DNA from: an uncultured Fibrobacterota bacterium
GTDB taxonomy: Bacteria; Fibrobacterota; Chitinivibrionia; Chitinivibrionales; FEN-1185
NCBI GenBank assembly: GCA_963753345.1
Contig: CAVWBU010000027.1
Coordinates: forward strand, 32,001 to 96,000
Direction: 5' to 3'
Length of the DNA: 64,000 nucleotides
The translations under genes and the position numbers were made by a program. Shown here piece after piece: positions 27,729-37,986 of the stretch; the first letter of the stretch is position 1; every line of letters starts with the position of its first letter. A model generated the notes under the pieces. The model was not told where the DNA came from, ran no database searches, and worked only from the letters and a program-made list of their open reading frames with translations.

Positions 27729-30700
27729 TCAGCGTTTTTTTGCCTCTTCCTTTATCTCGGCATTGTTCGGGTCAAGCTGCATTGCCTTGTCGAGATTCTG
27801 CTGGTAAAGCGCTGTGTTCTTCTGCTGCTTTGCCAGCCGGGCCAGGCCCAGATATGCCAGCGCGTAGTTCGCGTCCGCGCGGAGCGCCCGCTCGAAGAAC
27901 GTCTTTGCCCACTGGGGCTTGTTCTGCTGCATGTGAACTTCCGCGCGCTCGCACAGCGCCGGGGCATAGTTCGGATTGATATAGGAAATCTCCTTGTACG
28001 TTTCGACCGCGGAATCGAGCTTCTTCTGGCCCCGCTGGGCGCGCGCCAGGATCATGAGGGCTTCTATGTTTTCCGGGTCAGTCGCCTTGATGTCTTCCAC
28101 GGCGTCCTGGGCCTCCTTGAACCTTCCATCGTCGTACAGGCTTTGCGCATAAGACATAAGTGTTTTGTTGTCCCGCTTTATTGCAATGAGGTCTTTCATT
28201 TCCTCTATTGCCTTCTTATTCTGGTCGGTCTTCTTGTACAAATCGACAAGTTGGAGCCGGATGTCGGTGTCCTGCGGTTTCAGGGTTTTTGCCTTGACAA
28301 GAACGTCGACCGCGTCCTTGGGACGGTTGGTCTTGATGTAGCCGATGCCCAGAAGCGTGAGAACGTCCGGGTCTTTGGGCGACAGCGTGTTCGCCATTTC
28401 AAGGTACACCATGGCATCGCTGACCGACCCGCCCTTCATGAGCAGCACCCCGAGCCTCTTGTTCGCGTCGAGGTTCTGCGGGTCGAGCGTAATGAGCTTC
28501 TTGTATGCGTCAAGCTCTCCGCGGTCGTTGCCGAGCTTGTTGTACACCTGCGCCATCTCGATCCACATTGCAGGAATGGTGTCGGCGATCGTGGACGCCT
28601 TCTTGAGCAGCGACGCCGATTTGGCAAGCATGTTCTTGTCTTTTGCGTAGAGGATTCCCAGGCGGAGCATGTTCCGGTAATCGTTCGGGAACATCGCCAC
28701 GTTGTCCTCGTAGATCTTCCTGGCGCGCATCGGGTTCACCTTCTCCTGAAGGAAGCCAGCCTTGTACGCGACGTCGGGGTCCTTGGCGCCGGGCAGCATC
28801 GAGTACGCGGCATACATGTCGACCGCGCTCTGAAGATTGTTGTCCTTTTCGTATGACTCTGCGAGCAGCTTGATGACCTTCTTGATGCCGGGAACGGTCG
28901 GCTTGCGGAGCCGCAGCCCTTCGTAGATTTCCTGCGCTTTCTTGCTGTTGCCGGTAAGGTAATAGCTTTCGCCCGCGGCCATGAGATAGTCGATGTCGTC
29001 GGCGCCCTTTTCCTTGACAAGATCGAAGTACTTCACGGCGTCCTGCGGCTGTTTCTTCTGGTACAGTGCCATGCCCACGCCTTTTGCGACGTCCTGGTCG
29101 GTGGGGACTTTCTCAAGGTACTTCTTATACACCGTTATCGCCTGGTCGTTCCTGCCTTCCTTGAGATACAGGTCGCCAAGCTCCTTGTACTCAGCTTCGA
29201 CCTTGGGGTTCATCATGATCACCTGTTCGAAGGTGACGATTGCGCCGTTGCGGTCGCCGGTCTTTGCCTGGCACTCCGCGAGAGAGGAGAGAACGTCCAC
29301 GTTCTGGGGGTCCATCTGCATGGCCTTCTGGTACATCTCGAGCGCCTTGGCGAACTGCCCGCTCTTCTGGTAGATCATGCCGAGCGTAGTGTAGGTGTTA
29401 ACGTCGGCCTCGCCGGACCTGATGGCGCCGGAAAGAACCCGGATCACCTCTTCCTGCTGGCCCTTTGCGATAACAAGTTCGGCATACCGTTTGTAGAATC
29501 CCTTGATGGACGGATCGAGCTTGATTGCCGCTCGGTATGCGGCAAGCGCGCCGTCGCGGTCTTTCAAATCGTACAAGAGGTCTCCCAGGTTGCGCTGGGC
29601 CGCCGCGTCGGAAGGATTGATCGCCAGGTATCTCTTGAGGTACACGCTCGCGCCGCCCTTGTCTCCGCTTTTGAGGCACAGGTCGTACAGGTTCTTGAGT
29701 ACGTTGACATTCTGCGGGGCGAGCGCCGAAAGCTCTTTGTACAGATCAAAGGCCTGCTTGAGATCCTGCTGGTCAAGCGCGTATTTCGCGAGCCTGAGGC
29801 GCGACTCGACATTGGTCCTGTCCATGTCGATGATCTTTTTGTCGGCGGCCGAGAGCTTCGCCTGATCGCCGAGCTGGTCGTAGCAGACGGCAAGCTCCTT
29901 CCAGTATTCCAGTTCCTGGGGCTTCTTGTCGACAAGGTACTCGAGCTGATCTTTTGCAGACGCGTAGTGCTTGCCCTGGAAATATGCTTTGCTGAGAATA
30001 ATCCTGGATTCCATGAGCGAGGGATCGATCTTTACCGCCGATTCGGCCGCGTCGCGGGCCTTGTCCCACTGGCCGATCGAGGAAGCGGCGATGGCGATTC
30101 CCTCAGCCGATTTTGCGCTGTGGTCGATGAGGAAACATTTTTCGAAGTAGCCGACCGCCTCGGCGTACTTTTTTTCCTTCAGGTTGTACGTTCCGAGCGT
30201 CATGTAGACTTTGGGATCGTTCGGATTGAGCGAAATCATTTTTTCGTAGGTTGATTTTGCCTTTTCCTTCATGCCGTTCTTCTCATACAAGTCGGCGAGA
30301 CGGGCGGTGGCCTCGATGTTGTTCGGATTCTGCGAAAGCGCCTTTTCGAGACTCTGAATGGCTTTGGCGCCGTTACCCGATCCTTGGTACGCATCAGCAA
30401 GGAGAAAGTTGATGTTTTCAACGATCTTTCCCTGCGGATCGGCATTGGCAATGAACTGGAATTGCACCAGGGCAGCCTCCCAGTTTTTCTTTTCAAGATT
30501 GGCGCTGCCCACCTTGAAACGGGAGGTGATTGCTTCAGGGGAAGTCGATGCGCCGAATTTTTCAACCGCCATCTGATACGCCTTAAGGGCGTTTTCGGCA
30601 TTCTGGTTTTTTTCGTTGGACACGGCGCGGGCATACTGGTCCATTGCGGTCATTTCCGGACGGCCGCCTATCCTTTCGTACTCTCCGGCCGCCGCAAGGA

Positions 30701-31421
30701 ACTTTTCCTTTTTGTAATAGCACCGCGCAAGGGCGAGGCCGGCGTCGGTGAGGCCCGGGTTTTTCGCGGTGGCCTCCTTGAGGTAGTTGATGGCGTCGTC
30801 GACGCGGTTCACTTCAAGGCACACTTTTCCCAGCTTGAAGGCGAGGTCCGCGTCCGGCTGCGTGGCGTACGATCTCTGGAGAAGCGGCAATGCGTTTGCA
30901 TACTGCTTGTCGTTAAAGTAAATGTTCCCCAGTTCGCGGTTGGCGATTGCGTTCGAGGAATCGGCCTGGATCACCTTTTCAAGCGCCTTCTTCGCCTCGG
31001 GCGCCTTGTTGAGCTTGATGCACGCGCGGGCGTATTCCCAGCTCGCCTCGGCCGTGAAATTGACGTCGAGTGCCTTCTGCGCCATCGACAAGGCATTGTC
31101 CGCCTGGTCAAGCTTGTTATAGATTCGGGCCGCACCGAGCAGCGATTCGTAGTCTTTCGGGTTGAGGCGCCACGATACGAGGTAGCACGCGAGGCCCTTC
31201 TCGGTGAGGCCGAGGGCCTCGTTGGCCTTGCCGAGCTTTACCCATATATCCGCGGTCCTTGTCGGCGCGGGGATCTTGTCGTCCGCGTAGTCCAGCGCCG
31301 CCTTGTAGTTCTTATCGTTCATCATCTTGTCAAATGCGTCATCGGCAAAAGAGCGCGCGGTAAGAACGAAGGCGACAGAAAGTCCGGCCATGAAGCTCAC
31401 GATTCCAAACCGATTGAACAT
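27729..31421 (-). CDS. Giant exported tetratricopeptide-repeat protein (~1230 aa)
   Basis: Signal peptide followed by near-continuous 34-aa TPR units (A...Y.KA...DP/NP). Confidence 0.92.
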   Translation of the reverse strand: MFNRFGIVSFMAGLSVAFVLTARSFADDAFDKMMNDKNYKAALDYADDKIPAPTRTADIWVKLGKANEALGLTEKGLACYLVSWRLNPKDYESLLGAARIYNKLDQADNALSMAQKALDVNFTAEASWEYARACIKLNKAPEAKKALEKVIQADSSNAIANRELGNIYFNDKQYANALPLLQRSYATQPDADLAFKLGKVCLEVNRVDDAINYLKEATAKNPGLTDAGLALARCYYKKEKFLAAAGEYERIGGRPEMTAMDQYARAVSNEKNQNAENALKAYQMAVEKFGASTSPEAITSRFKVGSANLEKKNWEAALVQFQFIANADPQGKIVENINFLLADAYQGSGNGAKAIQSLEKALSQNPNNIEATARLADLYEKNGMKEKAKSTYEKMISLNPNDPKVYMTLGTYNLKEKKYAEAVGYFEKCFLIDHSAKSAEGIAIAASSIGQWDKARDAAESAVKIDPSLMESRIILSKAYFQGKHYASAKDQLEYLVDKKPQELEYWKELAVCYDQLGDQAKLSAADKKIIDMDRTNVESRLRLAKYALDQQDLKQAFDLYKELSALAPQNVNVLKNLYDLCLKSGDKGGASVYLKRYLAINPSDAAAQRNLGDLLYDLKDRDGALAAYRAAIKLDPSIKGFYKRYAELVIAKGQQEEVIRVLSGAIRSGEADVNTYTTLGMIYQKSGQFAKALEMYQKAMQMDPQNVDVLSSLAECQAKTGDRNGAIVTFEQVIMMNPKVEAEYKELGDLYLKEGRNDQAITVYKKYLEKVPTDQDVAKGVGMALYQKKQPQDAVKYFDLVKEKGADDIDYLMAAGESYYLTGNSKKAQEIYEGLRLRKPTVPGIKKVIKLLAESYEKDNNLQSAVDMYAAYSMLPGAKDPDVAYKAGFLQEKVNPMRARKIYEDNVAMFPNDYRNMLRLGILYAKDKNMLAKSASLLKKASTIADTIPAMWIEMAQVYNKLGNDRGELDAYKKLITLDPQNLDANKRLGVLLMKGGSVSDAMVYLEMANTLSPKDPDVLTLLGIGYIKTNRPKDAVDVLVKAKTLKPQDTDIRLQLVDLYKKTDQNKKAIEEMKDLIAIKRDNKTLMSYAQSLYDDGRFKEAQDAVEDIKATDPENIEALMILARAQRGQKKLDSAVETYKEISYINPNYAPALCERAEVHMQQNKPQWAKTFFERALRADANYALAYLGLARLAKQQKNTALYQQNLDKAMQLDPNNAEIKEEAKKR

Positions 31422-31581
31422 ACCGTACGCTCCTTTCAGCGAAGCCAATGGGGAAGTGCGGGCGATTTCATGTTCTGTTCCAGAAGGAATTTAACAGCAG
31501 ATAAATATATATGAACGAAAATGTCCGTGGGTATAGCAAATCAGCCGTTTCAGGCTCATGCCCGCACGATCCAGCGACGCT

Positions 31582-32220
31582 TTAGTGCGGGTGCCGGCGG
31601 GCACGCCGGCGCGGTTTGGTCCGAAACGATTTCGGCCTGCGGACCAGGCTGCAGAAAAGCTTCCAGTCCCACAGCGGACCGGGATCGGATTTGACGTTGT
31701 TTCGCAGGCCCAGCCCCACGGCAGTTTCTCCTGCGATGTGCTCGTGGCCCACATAGGTAAAGGCCCTGCCGTGACGCCGCTCGATGTCGCGGCACAACCG
31801 CGCGCACGATGCGTATTGCCTCTTTGTGAAGCCGGAATCCGGCGTCGCGACAAGCTCGATACCGATCGAAAAAGTGTTCGCCATTTTTCGCCCGTCCGGC
31901 AAGGGCATGATGCTTCCGCCCGCGTGCCACGCCTTCTTGTCTTCCGGCACAAGCTGCAGGACGCGCCCCGTTCTTTCCACGAGGTAATGGCTGCTCACTC
32001 CGAAATCGCAGAAGGTCCGAAGGATAAGCCCCAGGTCGAAGGGGCGGCTCGGGTCGATGTTGACCGCGCTGGTGTAGTGGATGACGATGACGTCGACGCA
32101 GGCCGGGGACCGCTCGTCCCAGAGGTGCTTCTTGCCCTGACCGCGGATGAGCGAAGAGAGCGTAACGCCGTCGACCCGCATATCGTTGCCTGTGTCAAGC
32201 AGGCATTGGGCAATGTTCAT
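31582..32220 (-). CDS. N-acetylmuramoyl-L-alanine amidase (Amidase_2/AmpD-like)
   Basis: IVIHYT, VSSHYLV, AWHAG, SIGIEL, GHEHIA, KSDPGP. Confidence 0.9.
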   Translation of the reverse strand: MNIAQCLLDTGNDMRVDGVTLSSLIRGQGKKHLWDERSPACVDVIVIHYTSAVNIDPSRPFDLGLILRTFCDFGVSSHYLVERTGRVLQLVPEDKKAWHAGGSIMPLPDGRKMANTFSIGIELVATPDSGFTKRQYASCARLCRDIERRHGRAFTYVGHEHIAGETAVGLGLRNNVKSDPGPLWDWKLFCSLVRRPKSFRTKPRRRARRHPH

Positions 32221-32235
32221 AGGTCTCGCCTTTGG

Positions 32236-32709
32236 TCAACTGCCGTGCTTGTTCTGCAGCAGGGGAACGATGCGGTCGATATGGTCGGACAGGATTCTAA
32301 AGGTCTTCCGGTAATCGCCGAGGGTGCCGCCTATCGGGTCTTTCACCCCCGATTTTCGCGCGTCGTTTCTGTCGGGCCACGCGCCGAGCAGAAATATGTT
32401 TTCGTCAAGACGGGGGTAGAACAGTTTGAGAAAGTCCTTCTGGAGGCGTTCCATGGCGAAAATCAGGTCGGCGCGGGTGAGTTCCTCGGGGACAAGGGGG
32501 CGGGACCGCTGCCTTGAGATGTCGATCCCGTTATCGGAGCATACCCGGACCGCAAGATCCGTCGGTGGAAGGTTGTCCATGCCGTGTATTCCCATTGACG
32601 AAACGGCACAGCCGCGGCCCCCGGATTTTACCCATCTCGCCCGCATGATTCCTTCGGCCATCATACTGCGGCACCTGTTGGCCGTGCATACGAAAACGAT
32701 GCTGATCAT
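32236..32709 (-). CDS. Low molecular weight protein phosphatase (LMW-PTP/YwlE-like)
   Basis: VFVCTANRCRS P-loop, DLIFAME, VKDPIGG. Confidence 0.9.
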   Translation of the reverse strand: MISIVFVCTANRCRSMMAEGIMRARWVKSGGRGCAVSSMGIHGMDNLPPTDLAVRVCSDNGIDISRQRSRPLVPEELTRADLIFAMERLQKDFLKLFYPRLDENIFLLGAWPDRNDARKSGVKDPIGGTLGDYRKTFRILSDHIDRIVPLLQNKHGS

Positions 32710-32844
32710 AATTTCCTTTTTGTAAAAGATGCCGGGTGCGGGCATCGGGAACCCCGAAAATATACTATTTTCTGTTGTTCGCAGTTCTGTTGCAGCCCGG
32801 CCCGCCGCGGGCCGCAAAATCCATCTAGTTCCGGAAGGAGCCCC

Positions 32845-33192
32845 ATGGCACTTACCAATGAGGAAAAGGCCCTTGTCGAAGAGGCAATGCAGGTGTATCT
32901 CCAGATCGTGGCGCGTCAGCTGCCGCCGGCGCAGGTCCAGCAGGTTGCGCAGGTCGCGCGCGGCATACTTGACAAGCTCGATTCGGTGGCAAGCGGCGGG
33001 AGCGGCGCCAGAGGCAACAGGCCCGACGGCATCACCGACGAGTGGTTCAAGAAGGTGTGTCAGAAATGCGCCAAGCTTTCACCCACGGGCTGCACCGACA
33101 AGGTGACGGCGAAGTTTCCGGGCAAGTGCGACCCGATATTGCGATATGAGAATGAGAAGAAGGGGATTAAGGCGAGGGACAAAGAATTCTAA
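32845..33192 (+). CDS. Hypothetical protein with Cys cluster
   Basis: AAGGAG RBS, 115 aa, CQKC-x6-C-x10-C. Confidence 0.75.
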   Translation: MALTNEEKALVEEAMQVYLQIVARQLPPAQVQQVAQVARGILDKLDSVASGGSGARGNRPDGITDEWFKKVCQKCAKLSPTGCTDKVTAKFPGKCDPILRYENEKKGIKARDKEF

Positions 33193-33217
33193 GTCTCTAA
33201 AAGAAAGATGGTCTGGT

Positions 33218-33297
33218 GGGGGAAGTTTCCGCCTCGCTGCGGCCTCCTCGACCTCCGGCCTGCGGTGTCCTCCGCTACCCCCTCCTGGGTGCACCCC
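33218..33297 (+). repeat. Conserved structured intergenic element X, copy 2 of 2
   Basis: Homologous to 2353-2454. Confidence 0.75.
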
Positions 33298-33440
33298 AAG
33301 TGGAAGCAGTTGCAGAACCAGACACCTGTGTGTGGGCACCCGAGAAGAGTAGTTGAAAAGTTGAATTGTTGAAGAGTCTTAAATTCAAACAGGACGCACT
33401 GACTAATTCGTTGCGGATGCCGATTGGCGTGGAAATAACA

Positions 33441-33600
33441 TTGACTGAATGGATTTTTGTTGCCGCGCGTTAGGTGGACCGGAGGGTGCGCAAGAGCGCA
33501 TTGCCGGCCGACCCGGCCGCAAGGCGTAGGGCGGACGGCAACGAGGCCAACGGCCGAGCCCGAAGGGAGACCGGCCCGAGCGCGGCGAGGGAAACGCCCA
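33441..33600 (-). repeat. Conserved structured element Y, copy 3 of 3
   Basis: Homologous to 2601-2760 and 18019-18182. Confidence 0.85.
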
Positions 33601-33620
33601 AATTATTGATCAAAAATTAT

Positions 33621-34904
33621 TTATCTAGTAGTGTTCACCAGCACGTAATTCTTCTTCCCTTTCTGCACCAGAATATATTTCCCATTAAGCAACACGTCGG
33701 TGGTGACCTTGTAATCCGCATCGGACACTTTGGCTTTATTTATAGACACCCCGCCGTTCTGAATGAGCCTCTTTGCCTCGCCCTTTGACGCGAGAATTCC
33801 AGACTTGACGGAAAGAAAATCCACGACGCCGATGCCTGTCTCGAGGTCGGTTCTGGCGATGGCCGCGTGCGGCACGCCCTCGAACATCGAAAGCAGATCT
33901 TTCTCCGAGAGTTTCTTCAGCGATTCCGCGGTGCCTTCGCCAAACAGAATCGATGAAGCGTCAACCGCCGCTTCCCAGTCGGCCTTCGAGTGCACGCGGA
34001 TGGTGATGTCCTTTGCCAGGGCTTTCTGCAGAGGACGCTCGTGCGGGGCCGCGTCATGCTCGCGGCACAGTGCATCGATCTCCTCCTTTGACAAAAGGGT
34101 AAATGTTTTGATGAAGCGCCGGGCGTCGTCGTCGGTGCAGTTGAGCCAGAACTGGTAGAACCGGTACGGGGACGTGAGAGAAGGATCGAGCCAGACTTTT
34201 TCGCCCGCCTCGGACTTGCCGAACTTGGTGCCGTCGGCCTTGGTGAGAAGGGGACAGGTGAGCGCGAACGCCTCTCCGCCCGCCTTGCGTCGGATGAGTT
34301 CGCACCCGGCCGTGATGTTGCCCCACTGGTCGGAGCCGCCCATCTGCAGGATGCAATGTTTATTTGTAAAGAGCCAGTAGAAATCGTATGCCTGCAGGAG
34401 CTGATAGGAGAATTCGGTGAAGGAGATGCCGCTTTCCAGGCGCGACTGCACCGAATCCTTGGCGATCATATAGTTGAGCGTAAGGTGCTTGCCCACATCG
34501 CGGAGGAAGTCGAGGAACCGTATGCCGCCGAACCAGTCGTCGTTGTTCACCATTTCCGCGCGGTTTTGGCCTGCACCGAAATCGAGGAACTTTGCGAGCT
34601 GTTTCTTGAAGCACTCGGCGTTGTGCCGTATTTCGTCCGGGGAAAGGAGCTTGCGCTCTTCGGTCTTGCCCGACGGGTCGCCGATCATGCCGGTGGCGCT
34701 GCCGACAAGAACGATGGGCGTATGGCCTGCTCTCTGGAAATGCACGAGCAGCATGATGGCAACAAGGTTTCCTATTTGCAAAGATGGCGCCGTTGGGTCG
34801 AAGCCCACGTAGCCGCAGATGCTCTTCTCTTTGAGTTTTTCCTCCGTGCCGGGCATGATGTCGCGGATCATGCCGCGCCAGGTGAGTTCTTCGACGAAGT
34901 TCAT
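33621..34904 (-). CDS. tyrS: Tyrosine--tRNA ligase
   Basis: [49 protein letters not shown]-terminal S4 domain. Confidence 0.97.
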   Translation of the reverse strand: MNFVEELTWRGMIRDIMPGTEEKLKEKSICGYVGFDPTAPSLQIGNLVAIMLLVHFQRAGHTPIVLVGSATGMIGDPSGKTEERKLLSPDEIRHNAECFKKQLAKFLDFGAGQNRAEMVNNDDWFGGIRFLDFLRDVGKHLTLNYMIAKDSVQSRLESGISFTEFSYQLLQAYDFYWLFTNKHCILQMGGSDQWGNITAGCELIRRKAGGEAFALTCPLLTKADGTKFGKSEAGEKVWLDPSLTSPYRFYQFWLNCTDDDARRFIKTFTLLSKEEIDALCREHDAAPHERPLQKALAKDITIRVHSKADWEAAVDASSILFGEGTAESLKKLSEKDLLSMFEGVPHAAIARTDLETGIGVVDFLSVKSGILASKGEAKRLIQNGGVSINKAKVSDADYKVTTDVLLNGKYILVQKGKKNYVLVNTTR

Positions 34905-35110
34905 CAATGGTCCTTTGAGGATAATGAGCGTCCGTGACGATTTTTCAGATGGATAAAATACAACTTGCGGGAGGGTGTTCAAATCGTTTGTGAAAGGAGT
35001 GATGAGGAAATGGGGAGGGCGATCACCGATCGGCCAGGACCGAGGCGGCCCCGTTCTTAATAATCCGTTTCCCCGCGACCGGACAATCACATCCAGGGTG
35101 AAACGTCTCA

Positions 35111-37051
35111 CTACCTCCGGAAAAGTTCCACGGTGCACGAAGATGCCATTTTTGCGCTTCCGTCTTCTTTTCGGTAAAGAGCGACCAGGTAGGTGCCCGC
35201 CGGCAGAACTTTGTTCTGAGCCGACCGGGCGGTCGACAGATCAATCCGATGATTGCCGGCGGCAATCAACCCTTCGAAGACCGTTGCAACCGTTCTGCCC
35301 CGGGCATCCAGAACCGCCAGTGTCACCGGTTCACTTATCGGAATCGAAAAGTCTACCATGGTCGTCTCTCGGCACGGCACGCAACGAGTATCCCGACGGC
35401 CCGGTAAAATGCGGGCTTGCGGACCGGCTGCTGGTTAAAGCGCCGTCGATAAAAATGAGCTCGATGCCGTTGCCTGTTCCAAGGTTCCGCGAATACTTTA
35501 TGTCAATTGGATTGTCCCAATGCTCGAAAACGCCAAGGCTTTGCAGTCGTTGTGTCCCGGTCGCGTGATTGGGGTCATAGAATGTGCCTGAAGGCGGATT
35601 GTCCGCCTGTGCCGCTTCAAGCGAGATAATCTTCGGCGCCGGCGATTTTAGGGTACTGATACGGATCGGGGTCGAGTTGAAACAGATCGAAAAGCACGCT
35701 TTCAATCGCCACCGGATCCTGCGACGCAAACAAGCTGGAAGTCCAGCCTCCGTTAAAAGGTGCTACCGGCCAAGTATGGGGGACGGTATCATTGTTGTGA
35801 TTTCCCTCATAGAGTCCATCGACCAGATACACTACGGTTTTTCCCCCAAGATACGCGTGTCCCATGATGTCCACCAGGGCGCGGTAGCTTCCCGTTTGAG
35901 GCGACATGAAGGCAAGGCTCTGATGAAGATCGTAATAACCGCTGTCGGTCGGCAGGCGGATAAGCGATCCGTAATGGTTTTTTGCGCAGGCGGTAATGCC
36001 CCCGCCCATATGGGATTTCATGTTGGCAAGGCTGATGACGTAGGTGGCCTCCAGAATAGTGCTGGGCCACGTAATCCTGCTTCACGCCGGCCGGTCTGCA
36101 GCTCCAATACACCGGTGCCGTGGAGAATTCAACTTTCGTTCGGCCGAATTTGCCCGCATGATCAACGTAGTGGACATCAGGGAATTCTGCGTGACAGGAA
36201 TCATAATATTCATTGGGATAGTAGGCAGTTGGATCCCCGACTGAGATATCCAGCCTGATGTACCCCGACCACATTGATAAGCTGCCTCAGCAGCGCACGT
36301 ACGACCTGATGCGAGGTATTCATGTAATCGAGTTTTTTGTTGAGTGAGTACGTCATGCTGTCAACGCAGCAGTACGCCGGAAGATAATTGCAGAAGGTAA
36401 GGTTTATCTTTGACGGCGATTTTTTCTCCCGTCACATACCCGACGTTGCCGCGGCCATGAACATAATTATAGTAGCGAAACAAAGTATCCCAGGCTGATC
36501 GCGTCGTCTGTTTTCCCGCTGAGCTCACGCAAGGTCCGCGACATCATCTGGTCCACAACTGTTTGGTTTGTATGATTGCTTTCCCACCAGTGACCGTCAC
36601 CCAGACCTTTCCAATTTGACACAGTGGAATCGTGAACCCAGACAACGCGGCCGGGGTTTGCGCCCTTTGCATTGCCGATCGGAGCATCGGCTTTTGTTGC
36701 GGCAAACGTCGGCGAATGGGGCACGGAAATAAGTGTTCCTCCCGCGATTGCTCCAATTGCGATGCAAACTGCGGCCGTCAGATATTTCGAATGCAGCAAA
36801 TGGCTGCGAGCCCGTTTCAGAAAAAAAAGGGAAGTTCCCAACCCCAGCAGCCATAGGACGAACGTAGATGCGAGGGGTGCCGCGATTCGCATGCATGGGT
36901 ATGCGGCACGGCTTGGTTTGGGAATTACACGTGCAAGAAACCACAGGAGGGATGCGATCCCGAGAACGGGGAACAATAGCCACAAGGGGAGATGCCGTTT
37001 GCCTGCTTTTTGAAGAGAACTCTTTTGCAAAGGATCAAGAATCTCTTTCAC
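35111..37051 (-). pseudogene. DUF362-family protein with T9SS-like C-terminal domain, broken by several frameshifts
   Basis: Consecutive fragments in different frames: RVIPKPSRAAYPCMR, PGRVVWVHD, ISVGDP, MKSH...KNHYGS, ASQDPVAIESV, LGVFEHW...YSRNLG, LDARGRTV. Confidence 0.75.
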
Positions 37052-37255
37052 ACGTTTGCTCCTTGAACTTGTTCTGCGCCAAAGCCGGAGTTGTGGTTCT
37101 CGTTTAATAATTTACATGGATTTTTAGGAATTACCAATAGTGCCGTGGAAAAAGTGTTTTCTGCAAGAGACCACTTGACCGTCGAGGCTTTTTCGTGACA
37201 GTGATATTGCATCTTCCTGCGACATACCGCTAAAATTATGAAGTTCAAATTTGTA

Positions 37256-37284
37256 TTGACAATTCGATTAAAAGTCGATATATT
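37256..37284 (+). promoter_or_regulatory. Sigma70 promoter of the tetR-efflux operon with an embedded palindrome (possible TetR operator)
   Basis: TTGACA-17 nt-TATATT; the spacer contains TCGA-TTAAAAG-TCGA. Confidence 0.6.
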
Positions 37285-37326
37285 TAACTCCCGGTCGGAA
37301 ATAAGAACCCAAAGTCAGGAGTTGGC

Positions 37327-37986
37327 GTGGATCCCAAAGAATTTCGCGAACAGGCGATCAAGGACGCCAAAAGCATGTTGATCCTTGATGCTGCCCGGAA
37401 GATTTTTTCGGAAAGGGGATACCTTAATGCGCGGCTCGAGGACATTGCCGCTACTGCCGGTTTTTCAAAGCCTTCCCTTTACAGCTATTACCCCGATAAA
37501 GAATCGATTTTCATGTCTCTTGCAATACGCGAAATGCAGGACGTTGCGCAGAAGATACAGGTCGCGGTCTCGTCCGGGGGCACTTTTACTGCAACCCTTG
37601 AATCCATCCTGCGCGTCATGTTCACGAATATTGCGCAGACATTTTCATATTTCAACACCGCGTCGAATTTCAGGGCCATGGGAGGTTTGGAGATCGATGC
37701 AAAAAAGCGCAAAGTGCTTATGGAACGTTTTCATGAGACCATGGCAAAAGGCCTTCATTCGATTGAAGAACTTATCCATCGGTCGCAGAAGGCGGGCGAG
37801 ATTTCCTCGAATCAGGAACCGGCCGAGCTTTCATGGTATATTGTTTCTCTGATCCAGGGCGTGCATATGCGCTCGTGGATGAGCGGGAAGGCATGCGATA
37901 TCGACACGTGCGTGCGTCAGGTGACGGATTTTATCATGAACGGGATTGCAGTACGAAATCAAAAATCAGGCAAGGTGCATGTATGA
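37327..37986 (+). CDS. TetR/AcrR family transcriptional regulator
   Basis: ILDAARKIFSERGY...LEDIAATAGFSKPSLYSYYPDKE HTH. Confidence 0.93.
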   Translation: MDPKEFREQAIKDAKSMLILDAARKIFSERGYLNARLEDIAATAGFSKPSLYSYYPDKESIFMSLAIREMQDVAQKIQVAVSSGGTFTATLESILRVMFTNIAQTFSYFNTASNFRAMGGLEIDAKKRKVLMERFHETMAKGLHSIEELIHRSQKAGEISSNQEPAELSWYIVSLIQGVHMRSWMSGKACDIDTCVRQVTDFIMNGIAVRNQKSGKVHV

